Assembly: GCF_964204645.1 (NCBI RefSeq)
Contig: NC_134032.1
Coordinates: forward strand, 8,234,275-8,298,274
DNA: 64,000 bases
Source: Tubulanus polymorphus
Lineage: Eukaryota > Animalia > Nemertea
Direction: 5' to 3'
This document shows, in pieces, positions 1 to 12,700 of the stretch. Position 1 is the first letter of the stretch. Each line of letters opens with the position of its first letter. A program made the position numbers and the translations under genes. The notes under the pieces are model-generated. The model searched no databases. It was not told where the DNA came from and worked only from the letters and a program-made list of their open reading frames with translations.

Positions 1-547
1 TATAAGGGGTTTTCAAGGAAGCATCCCCATCACGTTCATATGATGAGCATTCCATACAAGGGCTTAGACCACTGTTGTGGCAGGTGAGGGTTCCATGAGG
101 ATGTCGAGACAAACGGCGCCGGGTACTTAGGCCGCCCCTGTGCACATAAGGCTTCCAAGACCATGGCACTACAGCAAATGAGGTTCCATGGTGGTTTTGA
201 AGACAACAACCATGGTTAGGTGATGGTACGTAGCACGAGAGTATACTAAGGCTGTCACTTCGCAGGTAGGTGACTGCTGCAGTTCCAGAAGGTTTTTCTA
301 TTCAATTTTTCGATCGATGACCATTTATGCCATAAATCTTTTTTAAAGACAAGACGAATGAAACTTGTAAAATTATGAGCGAATCTTTTGCGATCTCGGG
401 AATGTGGGATATATAGCCATCTATCAGCGATAGGGGTCAGGCTTAATTTCACACAACACCAACACACAAATATTGCCGGCATTTCTCAGCAAAAAATTAT
501 CGAAGAAAAAAAAAATGAAAGAAAAACAATCTTTTGGCGTTTTTTAC

Positions 548-3079
548 TTGAGTCGTCTTTCGAGGGATCGAGGCGTCCGTTCTCAGTGATGATATGACTG
601 CCACCGACGCCTCCTCCTCCGTTGCCACCGGACCACGCCGAATCATCAGTCGTCGCGTTCGACAATTGCCAAGCTGTGAATGAACGGCAAGAGAACAAAT
701 TATCAACAACAGCAACAACAACAAAAATAAACATAGCCGCAAAGCAGCGATCAGAGTTTTCAGCATTATTTATGGGTTCCGCGCGGTCCTCACAGATCGG
801 TCATCCCTGGATATACGGCGAGATTGTTTGGCTTTACGTCGCTTGGACCTTGGTTTCCCTAGACTAACCCTATTGTATTGTTCATTTAACCTCACCACCG
901 GGCGGCCTTTGAAGTGTTGCCCGCACACTGTAAGCAGCCAGCAGGACTCGAACCTGCTAGTCAGTCAGCACTGATAGTGGATGCAACAGCATCAGTACCT
1001 TATCTCACTGAGCTACCGAGGCCGCTCCGTTTTCATGGTGTTACAAAGGAGAGAAAATTTCAAGTGTCCGCATCACTTTCATGCATCCCAATTACAGTAG
1101 ACTCCTCCTAAATCGGTATTGTTTACCTCGGCAAACCATTATTTCAGTACGTTTCAACTTCCTACAGTACACTCAGTTTCTAAATCGGTAACTGGTAAAT
1201 TGGGTATAAAAAATCCACGTCCCAACTGTATCGATTTCCAAATCTACTGTACAATTACGAACATTTCAGATTGCCTATTCTCAAAATTGAAGGAGTTTTA
1301 AAGGGGTTTTGGGCATTTTGTCCAAATTAAAGGAGTTTACCAAGCACCTTGAAAAGCATTTTCCATTTTTTAAAGAATCAAGGAGCTGTATAGTGACCCT
1401 GGCGTTAGCAGAGTTATATATAGGCCTACATGCCTAACAGAACTGATCAGTTCATATCTTTTATAATCAAGCTCCATTCAGCCTTGGCTTATGCCAAAAT
1501 GGATTGGAGATATCCACGTTTTAGACCGTATTCTAATTAGGATCCTGTGCTGCACACTTTTGGCTATCCCGCAACTGGATGGCGCGTGTAACCGTCGAAA
1601 TGAAGTCAATTTTCAATTGGGCCTATACCTACATTGATCCTCAGGGTTCGTAGAGGCCTAATGCGCGCAAGATATTTGATACAATCAAAACATTTACAAC
1701 ATTCAAAAAAATTTCCCCATTTTAGTAGGTTTTGATTAGGCCTATGCAAGAATTGCATCATTCAACATAATTAAGACAATGTAATTGTAACAATTGTGAA
1801 TCTTGTGGGCAAAAGTTAAATAGTCGTATTAATTAAACGGGTTTCGAATTATCCAAATCAGGATTGATATAAAAAGCTTGGCTGAAAATCATCGTACTTT
1901 TAAACTGGATTCGTCATTAGCAGAGATGAGAACGCCGACTAAAAATCATCACCCAGTAGTGTATAATATCTGAAGGCGTTCGCCACACACTCGCGGCAAC
2001 AGTAAGTAGGCCTATATACATTACTACTGTTGCTGCGCGCGCGTGTCTGCAACCGATCGATAAAATACATACACACTGTTGCCGCGCGTGTGTGGCGAAC
2101 GCCTTCACTATTATACACTACTGGGTGATGATTTTTAGTGAGCATTCAATGGTGCATTTTAACTGCAATAATTCAGGGTTCGACCCGTAATGCATGAGAT
2201 GCTGAATGTCATTGAATGAGGATGTACCACATTGGAACTAGCCATTACCTTCCAAAATATAATAGTCGTTCATGGGTTCAAAATCGCTCTAAGTGCTCGG
2301 AAAACGCTTTTAATTTCTAAAATTTTCTTGGGGGGGACCCGCAAACCCCCCGAAATAGCTTCGCGCCTTCGGCGCTTGTGAGTGCTGACACCTGGTTCGC
2401 GTGTGTAACTCAAGAAAAAAAAAAAAACCTGCAGATTCTATAGGTAGGCGTTCTCATCTCGGATTTTTTGACTATTTGGAAAATTGATATTTTTAAATAC
2501 CCAAATCCGTGGGAAGCCGTGGATACGCGGGGAATTCTCATCCCTGCATTAGGTTCAACAACATATTTTTCCGGACATTTTGTTTAAAAAAATTTAACTT
2601 TAAATACATAATGATAATCTCGCTTAGCGATCAAATTTCATTGAATTTGATTGATCGACGATTGCATCTCGGTAAAGTTAATAGTTATTTTTCTACAGAA
2701 ATATCCGACAAAATATGTAACATATGACTCCATCCAGTCCAGCAGGCATTTAGTACTGATATTATATGATTTCAAAAGTGTTAAAATCGATAAGGAATAA
2801 ATAAATATGTTATAATTTCATGTCATCTCAATTTTGATCTCGGTAAAATATGTCATCTCAGTAATAAGGAGGACCGTAAAATAACTTCACATAGGCCTAG
2901 TTTCCAAAATTTTTACATTCTTCAATCTTTTAACAACAGTAATTTTTGAGTAAATAACACCAAATTTGAACTCATTTAAACGAGTTTATCTCGAGTTCAC
3001 CGAATCGACAACTTCAACTAATTAAACCTCAGCATGAACGGATATAAGGGCAACTCATACCTGGTCCTAAAGGGTACAT
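548..3079 (-). CDS. Probable 5' end of an unidentified gene running off the left edge (coding exons 3079-3061 and 673-548; MYPLGPAWQLSNATTDDSAWSGGNGGGGVGGSHIITENGRLDPSKDDS...)
   Basis: ATG at 3079 followed by 19 nt and donor GTATGAG; 126-nt exon bounded by ttcattcacAG and GTAAAA; phases (1/1) join without a stop; exon has the CpG-rich composition of the other exons here; divergent from FAF2. No domain recognised. Confidence 0.45.
870..1026 (-). mobile_element. tRNA-derived SINE
   Basis: Minus strand: GGCCTCGGTAGCTCAGTGAG (A box), GGTTCGAGTCC (B box), unrelated body, ACAATACAAT-type tail; no complete cloverleaf. Confidence 0.65.
1938..2139. mobile_element. Fold-back MITE-like element
   Basis: ~65-bp near-perfect inverted arms ACTAAAAATCATCACCCAGTAGTGTATAAT... 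/ ...ATTATACACTACTGGGTGATGATTTTTAGT. Confidence 0.7.
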
Positions 3080-3760
3080 TATTTCATTCTATTCACTCGT
3101 AATTCAACATCACAAATACCAATTCCATCATAAATTTGACCTGTCTAGAAATCATTAAATGGCGATCGTTTCGGCAATTTCCGGCAATCCCCGGAATAGC
3201 AATGAAATTCAATAAAACTTTATTCTGCCAAATTTTAATTTTCAATAAGTTTCAAGCCAAGAATTGCGTGCGGCTTATTTCAAATTGTTGTTCCGTAAAC
3301 TCATCTAGGAGGGCGGTGTGGTTTTTATTCTAGCAACGCGGGTGTAGTCTCATTTTCATGACCGGAGCTGTAAAAAATGAGTGTGTCCACACAGCCCCCA
3401 TTAGAACGATTATCAATTTTCTTCTCAAAATAAGCGCCTCAGAAAGGGCCTGGGCTACCCGGAGATCCTAGCCGGTGCGAGGATTTATCCGGACTTTGGC
3501 TTCCCTGGCCCGGGGACACGGCCGGGCGGGACACACGCCCGCCGCGCTGGATCGCGTGTCGCTCTTTTAACTTCCCTGGGGAAGCCCAAATTAACACGTG
3601 ATGGATAAATCGAACGCATACGGGTTATCAATGGGTTACCCAGGTTTACTCGGTGTAGATAATCGAACGCTCTGCTGCGCCGATCGATGTTACTTCAAAG
3701 GCGTAATAAAGTTAATTGCGATTTCTTTATGTCGACATGCACCATATTACCGGCGACAAA
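3080..3760. promoter_or_regulatory. Probable bidirectional promoter / 5' UTRs between the left-edge gene and FAF2
   Basis: GC/CpG-rich patch 3440-3560 between two divergent start codons; YY1-like AAAATGGCG overlaps the FAF2 ATG. Confidence 0.5.
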
Positions 3761-6700
3761 ATGGCGCAGGTTGACGAGGATGAAATTACACCCGAGCAAA
3801 CTGAAACGATTATTCATTTCCAGGTGACTACGATTTACTTCCAGTTATAGCCACATTATCCACGTTAGCAATACGAACTGTATGAGAAAAACATGGAGTG
3901 GATTAATCCGCCGAATCTGGATTTGTGCCGCTCCAAAGATGCAGATCAATTCAATTAAACGGTGTTTTTATTGATCTGTCTAGTGACACTGACAGTGTCA
4001 AATGATTATAAAATGTCATGTGCTGAGTGCTTGTGTTCTGACGTGTTAATATGTTTTTACTCCGGATTCTTCAGAGTGGATAGGAGTGCTTGAGGGAGGA
4101 ACGAGGTCGATTTATAGTTAAACAATTAAGACGATAATTCGTTCAAATAAAGTAGCTATATCCTTAGTCAGTAACCTGTCTGTGGTTTAGTTTCACGATC
4201 GGATATTTTCACAAACCACAGTCAGGAATGGGAAGGTCATTTTTGTATGAAATCTTCGTCAGCCAATTTGACTGACGAGTAATTTGCCTGGCATTTCATT
4301 GTCTCTTAAGATATCTGTCTCATTTTTGTTGTAATCGACGACGCACAACAGATTCGTAGTTTGTCTGATACCTATAACACCTCACCTGGCGATCTTAATC
4401 CATGTGCAAATCGGCCGTAAAGTGAGAGTAAATTTCCGTCGAGTCAACAGCTGCCATTTTGAAAATTACTGGAGGTGCTGGCACCTGTGGACTGAGGCCA
4501 GGACAACAGCACAAACTAACAAAGCGAAACGACGAAATTTAAAAAAATTAAGAAATCAACACTTATTCACATTTTTCTTTTACCAGAAATTTATTATTTC
4601 ATTATTTATTATGGAAAACACGAAGACTTCAAATAAAAGTTGGAAAACCATCAAAAATAAAAATTGTCGTTTCGTCTTGGAAGTTTTATATAAATCCTTG
4701 TAGGTCCCCTTGTCTTATCATGCCACATGTGCAATACAGAGAAATGGCGGCCAATGGCGAAATTTGTTGAGAAATTAATTAATTTCTCAAAATAATGTTG
4801 ATTAATCACTCGAAACATACATAAAATTGGATTATTTCGAAAGGTACCTGTGTTAGTTTGTGAATTAAGCCATTAATTGTGGACTGAAGTGAATAGAAAG
4901 TATATTTTTGAAGTGTTACTTTTTTCAACCTAACGTTGGTATAAGCCCATCCGATTATAAAAAGCTTACCACCAACGATTAGGTAACTAACTACTATATC
5001 CTATCCTAGTCTGAATACCAGTCGTTGTTACGGTTCCGTACAACGTCTGACGCTAAAGTATCATATAGAGGTTAACTCCTGTTAATTGCAATGCAACAAC
5101 TGATTTTAGTGTCAAATCAAACCTTTGTACTAAGATAAATAAATAAGTTACTTAGTTGACTTTGAAAACGTGTTTTATAATGAATTTTTTGATGATTTAA
5201 ATCGCGAACCGGGGAATTTATTGATTTGATTTGAATTGATTGCCACTATCGGGATTTCCAATACGGAATAAATTGATAAAATGTGAAAATTCAATATGTC
5301 TCTCTAAAATTACTCTAAATGTTATTTTTTGTTGATAAAACGCATAGATTTTGGTCAATTTTAACCTTAATAATTTGAAACAAGAATAATATCTGCCTTG
5401 ACACCAAGTTTAAGTTCGAATCCGTAATTTACACTCCCATCATGCACCGCGAAAAGCCGCCATATTTGTTATGTTGCTTCACTTCAACTGTTTTTTGAGG
5501 CGACTAGTCAAAAGTTTTGAGCTACTACGATCGTCAAAAGCTACTTAGGATTACAAATTTATGCACAAACAATAGTTAACTTCCATCTGATTACAGAACA
5601 GTCAGTTTGAGGTAAGTTGATGGTGTTTTAAGGGGTGAAATAGACGCTCAAAGCCTCCTCCCTCGAAATGAGGGACGAAAATTAACCTTATATGAGCACT
5701 TTCGCCCTAGACGTTGTTTCAGGAACAACGGCTAGGTACTAGACTAGCTATATCCATAAAAAATTCAAATAGCTCCAATCTTACTGAAAGAAAGCTTGTT
5801 GGAATGGGGAGGGCTCAAATAACAATATGCTTTTTAAATTTCATGTTTCAATACACAAAAACTGTGATCTAAGAAGGCAATATTTCACGTAAAGAAACTT
5901 CAATATCTCTTAAACTAAAAGAGATAGACTAGAAATTTAAAGAGCAATACACTTATAGCACTTTCAGGTGACAGTTGAAAGACCCAAAGTTTTTATCTGA
6001 TTCCAAATGCCTATGGTTTCCATGGAAACCAGCCGAAAAATGGTAAAATAATGAAAATATCGATGTTAGATCAAAAGTTATGATGTAGAAAGGGGATAGA
6101 ATAACTAGTTATCAATAGTTTATGTTTGCCCTAAGTTTATCTAGGAATATCTTTTATTATATAGATTATTATTATTAGGTTTCCATGGTAACGGCAAGAA
6201 AAAATGTGAAATATTGAGAAATATTGATATGATTTCAAATGAAATTATTTTTTCACTACATAATTTTTGAAATGAATAAACATGATTATCAAGGCCTGTC
6301 AGTTAGGTCTATAGCCATAGGCTCCTATTGCAAATTGATTTAAATATACCAATTTTATATATTATTTGCTTAATGAATTTTAGTTAAGAAAAGCAGAAAA
6401 TTAGGCTTGGCCTAGCTCAAAACACTGAAATTTGAAATATATTCATGATATCATAATAAAATCAATCAGAAACATAAACCATGCAATAGTAATAACTCTA
6501 CTAATAATAACTAAATAATAATCCATTTGTTTTGTTTTGAGCTAAATTTCAACAATATTTTATATATATTTCAATTTTGCTGCTTTTGGAAAATCCCCTC
6601 ATTGTCCCATCATGCGCCTCTATTTTTGCCCGTCACAAGCCTCAATTCATCCCATTAGACGCCTCCCTCTTTCAACAGCCGCTTTACCGACGGGAGCGTA

Positions 6701-9700
6701 GTGGCGATCCGCGCGCAAAAAAAATACAATAATTACACAAATAAATACAATAATTCACCGCTAGACCGATGAATAATTGTTGAATATTGATCTCATCACG
6801 AGCAGCGCGGCGCGTCGTCATTCAACAACAAGTACCGGCCGCCATTTTGTATCGCTCGCTTCAACGCAAAACTTAGACATCGACTTTTCCGGCAGCGATC
6901 GCTCAGCCCCGACACGAAATAAAAGCATGCGTCTTCAGTATTTGAATTTTAAGATCCTAAACCTTCCGATTCCTGATGATTCGTCGCTTATTCCGGGTCC
7001 TAAGCTGACAAATTTTGCTCTTGAAAAAGGGTATATTTCGATTTCTATTTTCTTCGACTAAAATGCGGATTTATACACTAAACCAACCCCCAAGTGATAA
7101 AGATCGATCTTATTGGTTGATTCCAAAAGATTTTAGCTCATTTGCATTGATAGACAGGTTTTATGAATGATTTTACTACGCGATGTCAAACGCGTGGTAA
7201 AAACGCGCATCACACTTTTCCTGATCAATAATGGTCGTCACAATCGATAGTGGCGCCCCGCGCGGACATGAACATACCTAAATAAAGATAAATCATATTC
7301 ATGGGTTTGGTGATGCACTGATGGGCTTGGATTTTATTTCCGGGTTGTTATTGATAATCTCGCGAGAATGGTGCTAAATATGACCTGCGAATAAATTCAA
7401 AATATCACAGAAATACCTTGCGCTTTTATATTGTTATATCAACAAGCGCATGTCGCAGCATTAAAACCCTCTGCGCACTCCACTTCGTTGCAACTGAGCC
7501 TGTTAAGGACTACAAGCAACTATACAGACAGATACAGGTACAGATATTGTTTATTAATCCGCTATAAAGTTCCGATAAACAATTGGTCGTTAAGGATCAT
7601 TATCAGATGGTCGTGACCCTTTACTATTTAAATCTACAAGGGACGAAACGCCAGGCCTCCACTGTGTTTAGATTTTCAGCCAGAAAGTTGGGACAGTCGC
7701 GTGACATTCTGATGACGTCATTGTGTTTAAAACTTCAATGTGAAAAGTTGACACATTCATAGACCGATATTCATTGTCAGATTATGATTCATTTGAAATT
7801 AATAACTTAAAAAGAATGAATTATGATCAAACATACAATTCAAAGACAAAAAAAATGCATTTGAATGTAAATTATTCTCAAATATTTTTCATATTGTTTT
7901 CATCTTAGATGCTTCAGGTTCGCATTCAGTCAAATATGAAGCGTTAAGTCACGTGACGGTCCCAACTTTCTGGCTGGCACGACTTGAAGGCATTTCGTCC
8001 CTTGTGATTTTATATAGTAAAGCGTGACGACCGTCTGATAATGATCCTTAATGACCAATTGTATATCGGAACTTTATAGAATAAACATAAAAATAATATA
8101 AATAATTTATACATAGGATAAATAAACAATATAAACACAAGGTATTTCCATGATATTTTGAATTTTTTTCGCAGTTCATATTTAGCTCCATTCTCGCGCG
8201 ATTATCAACAACCCGGAAATAAAATCCAAGCCCATCGCCAAACCCCTGTGATCACCTCTTCAGCTCAGACCTCAGCACACCGGCGTAAAAATGTTTCCTG
8301 CTCTAACCCAAACCCCGGTGGAACTTCCTTCATTACTGTTGATTTCTTGGGCTGGCAGTTTCAGGTGTTCAAAATCAAGTGCCCTCTCCCCTTCGTAGCT
8401 AGTACAAGCAGAGGGCGTCCTCCCAGACGTATCCCTTGACAGTCTGCTTATTTACTTCACTCTAGCGTTTGATCAGGATCCCTACGACTCTTCGATCCCT
8501 TCAAAACTCTTTTAAAAGAGCTTGGAACTCCTTTATGAGCAAAATGCCCAAAACTCGGTCAGAACATGAATTTTGGGAAAACTTTGTTACACATAGACTA
8601 CGCCTTAATCGACACAATTGGGATGTGGATTCTTTTTACCAAATCAGTAACGAAATTAAAAACCGAGTTGAGGCAGTGTATTGGATAAAAATGAGCTTAC
8701 CGGTATAAAACCACTCAATGGTTTACCGAGATAAACAGTAGCGATCCGGAGGATTCTACAGAATTTTGGATAAAAGTGATGCAGGCACCTCTTCGATGTT
8801 TGTTGTTTTCTCCTTTAGAACTCATTGAAAATTCCTTGTATTCAGACATAGGACCCTGATTGGAGACTTGCAGTGCGTCTATACTGCAGTGCGGTGTATA
8901 AATCGGTGATGGATTTTGCTGGTACACCGCACTGCGGTGGATTGATGTAATTAGTAATTAGTTTTTATCTCTGTTGAAAGATGGCAGCACCTGTCAAACA
9001 CGGAAATATTAGTAACTAATGATACACCGCGCTGCGGTGTAGACACACTTAAGCGGTATGCCCGTTATTCAACATACTAGGGTGGAATTTCTCAAAATTT
9101 TCAAATTTTCTCCAGCACTATAAGGTATTACTAATCAGTCAGCACTGAAAGGATTGAGGGTTAGAACCCGAAATGCTATTTGTCTGATCAAATCATTTGA
9201 AATGCAAGAAGAATATTTATCTTTGACTGACTGAGATTGGATGCCCGGCCCTTTGCTGAAATAAGTCGTGAATGTTGTTTTTTTTTTTTCAATGTAGGAT
9301 CTTACTGGAATTGAAACGATGGAACGATGTCGCGAGATCCTAGAAACTCACAACTGGGATCTGGAGGTAGCCGTTCAGACTACGCTGAACGAACAGGATG
9401 GGGCGCCATCTGTATTCCATCAACAACACCAACAGGATGAGCGTCCGCCTCAAGTGAATAACAGCCCGTCTGATCAGAGGTAACGTTTCATTCAGCAGGG
9501 CAGGTGAGGGATGAGTGGCAACATGGAACTTCTCTCACCTAGAAGGCTGCCGGTTTTCTGGAAAACTTAAACTAGGCGGCCTGTCGAGGCACGTTTTCAC
9601 ACGACACTTAATTGACAACAAACATATGTAGCGCGTACATCGGCAGTGGGTTTGTCGGTCGGCCGCTTTAGTCAAAAATAAGATTGATTACAGAGAATCC

Positions 9701-12700
9701 TGGAAAAAAGTTTTCACTCACAACTTTTGAAGTCGGGTCGGGCGGGTTACGGCGAACAGACCATTATTTTGGATCGGCCTAAGCTAAAGTAGTTAGCCTC
9801 CTGATTCATTGAAATTACTGATCATATTTAGATGGGGTTACATAAATCGAAAGATTAAATGATTGAAATTTGAGGGGGAAAAAACGGGGAGAGGCCAGTG
9901 TTGTTGTATCATTCCGGTGATAGCTGTACGCATTTCCTACGCACTGGACAATGAGGTAGGCCTACATGCTTTATCGACCATCCCTCAGTTCATTTCCGAT
10001 GTATCAACTCAGTGCAGTCAACGAATAAAATTTATTCGACTAACACAATCTACAACTTGTGAATAAGGCAAATGTTTAAAGGAATTTTTACCAAATGTAT
10101 GACTCCAATATTGACATCAATTACTTGCATAAGCAGACGATCACGTTTACATATGAAGGCTACATATGGGCCGTATGAGCATTGTGCGTTTAATCAATAC
10201 AAACACACTACGTGACCTTCAGGTGTTCATTTCGCGTCCTCTATATTCATGCCGTAGAATATCGGTAAGATACATTCCAGGGAGACTTCGACGATTGAAT
10301 TTAAAGCAAAATAGAAAGACTTCTTATTCTTCTGTGAATGAGACCGTGGAATGGCCCCAAAACGCATCTCCGGCGATTGAATTCTCAAAAATTTTTCCAG
10401 ACCTCCTTTCAGAAATAAGCCTCGCCTCTGAAAAATTCCTTCCGACGGCTCTGCTTATAGACAGATTTTAATGGTATTTGGTGAAGGAATAAAACGTGAT
10501 TTTGGAATTGGGGCAACTTGTGTGTGCGAGTTACTGCAAGGTTGACTGTAAAGACAAATCTTTACTCGGGATCTATACGGCCTGATCCTGGGGTTTTACC
10601 CGTTAATTCAATTCTATCTTATCGATTTATTTTCGCAGAATATTCACCGTCGCTCACCGACGTCCTCGCGGAATTCTAGGATGGGGTTATTACATATTTC
10701 TGATGCCGTTCAGATTCGTGTATTCGACGTTCGTAGATTTGTTCCAATTCACACGTAAGTTTATGATGGCGGTTTAGCCAGTTTTTTTTTTCAAAAACAG
10801 AAAAAACTCTAGTTGATGTGGTTTCCTATCAAGTCTATTACTAAGCGTTACCGAGTGTTACTTTTTGGAGAATGAAAATTGTTAAGGACCTGATTTGCAC
10901 TTACTTGTTCACAAAAATGTCAAAAAGAGCTTAAAATTACAACTTTTTAACTCGAAAGCCATTGGAAATTTTTGTCACAGTATTCATTATCGTCAAAAAC
11001 CAAGTACACATCACTTCTGGGGCCATTTGCTAAATTGCTCCATTTGCTGTAAGTAGGTAATTGTTACAGTTTGGCAAATCATGATGAGCAGTTACGATGT
11101 CCATCATGGGCGCTATTCAATACAAGTGCTGAAACGTGCTTACTTTTGATTGAGCCTTACTGCTACGAAACGTGTTTGGTGATTAAAACGTTATCCATGA
11201 GTTCATCGTTTTTTATTTTTGTAGTTCGTCTTCTGCGGCCTGATCCTCGAAGAAGTAAGTTGGTTTTGTAGTAAGGGAGTCTATGATAATTAATTTTTAG
11301 TGACATTAATAAGATAATCAAATTTTTTATTTCCATTTTGTGCCCGAAGTTCCGTACAGGAATATTCATATAAGTACATAATTAAGGTAGTTAGGTCTGT
11401 TGAACTTTCTTTTCCATTTTACTTATACTTAGGTATACTCTTAACTACAGAATAACACTGTTGGATTCAATTTTTTTTTCATGATTGAATTTGTAATTTT
11501 GGCAAGTCCTGGACATAACAGGAATTTGAAGACATGTCACCATATTTGACTCATACATACATAAATCGCTTACACCCCCCCCCCCTCCTCTGTACACAAA
11601 TATATCAGTTGCTAATGTTTATTTGTTGGCCGATGGCTATATTTGAATCTTAAAATTGGTTTTAATGTACCCAGGTCTGCTGAAAACCTGTGTTTCTCAG
11701 ACAGTCTCAATAGGGTTCTCGCAGGTTTTTTGGAAAGTTTTGGAAAATGGAAATTTTTTCCGGGGCCTTGAGATCCTATTACAAATTACAGTTTTCTTTT
11801 TTCACTATGGCTATGGAATTATGGCAATTTTTGTTACAGACGTGACCGACCCTCTCGGAGATGTGGTGAAATTTATCAGCGCGTATAATTTGCAGTTCGG
11901 CTCAAATCACCCGGTATTCTACCAGGGCTCGTATAGCCAGGTGAGTTTAACACCCCCTAGTAGACGGATTCTTTGATACTGCCGAGCCCTGCCTTCTCTC
12001 TGGGGTCAGCACCCCTTCTTTCCCCTATGGGGGGGGTTTCTTCGACACTGCCATGCCCTTCATTCTATCTTCTAGGATCTACGCTCGCTAGTGGATGGAT
12101 TCATGAATACTTCTGAGCCCCTTGTTCTTTTCTTGTTTTTTGTACGCCTGATTCTTTGATACTGTACTGAGCCTTTTGTTCGATCTTTTGCGTAGGATTA
12201 TGTCTCCTTCTAGCGGATCACATGACGTTTAAAAGAAATATATTCTCGGCGCAAGTTTTTAGCCGAGGAAGCGCTTTAGAAATTATTATTAATTCGGGTA
12301 GTTTCTTTTTTGTCGGATCTGTTTTCAGGCTCTGAACGACGCGAAACGAGAGTTGAAGTTCCTGTTGGTTTATCTGCACGGCGACGACCACGAGGACACT
12401 GCCGGATTTTGTCGCGCGACTCTGTCCAACGACGACGTCGTCGAATTCATCAATACGAGCATGTTATTCTGGGCGTGTAATACAAACAGCCCGGAAGGGT
12501 ATCGAGGTTAGTTGAAATTCAAACTTGGAATGACAAAATTGGTCCGAGATAAGCAGAGACTGAGTTAATAATAGGAAGATACAATGCATGGGGAGTGATT
12601 TAATTTTTGTTAGCGTTAAGTAAAAGTCTTGAGTTGGCCGAGTAAGGCAGTGTTTACTGCAACGATAAGTTTAAAATCTTATAGAAAAAGATATGTACGT

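Noticed and set aside
935-1026. tRNA gene
   Set aside because: A and B boxes present but no convincing acceptor/anticodon stems, and it continues into a SINE-like body and tail.
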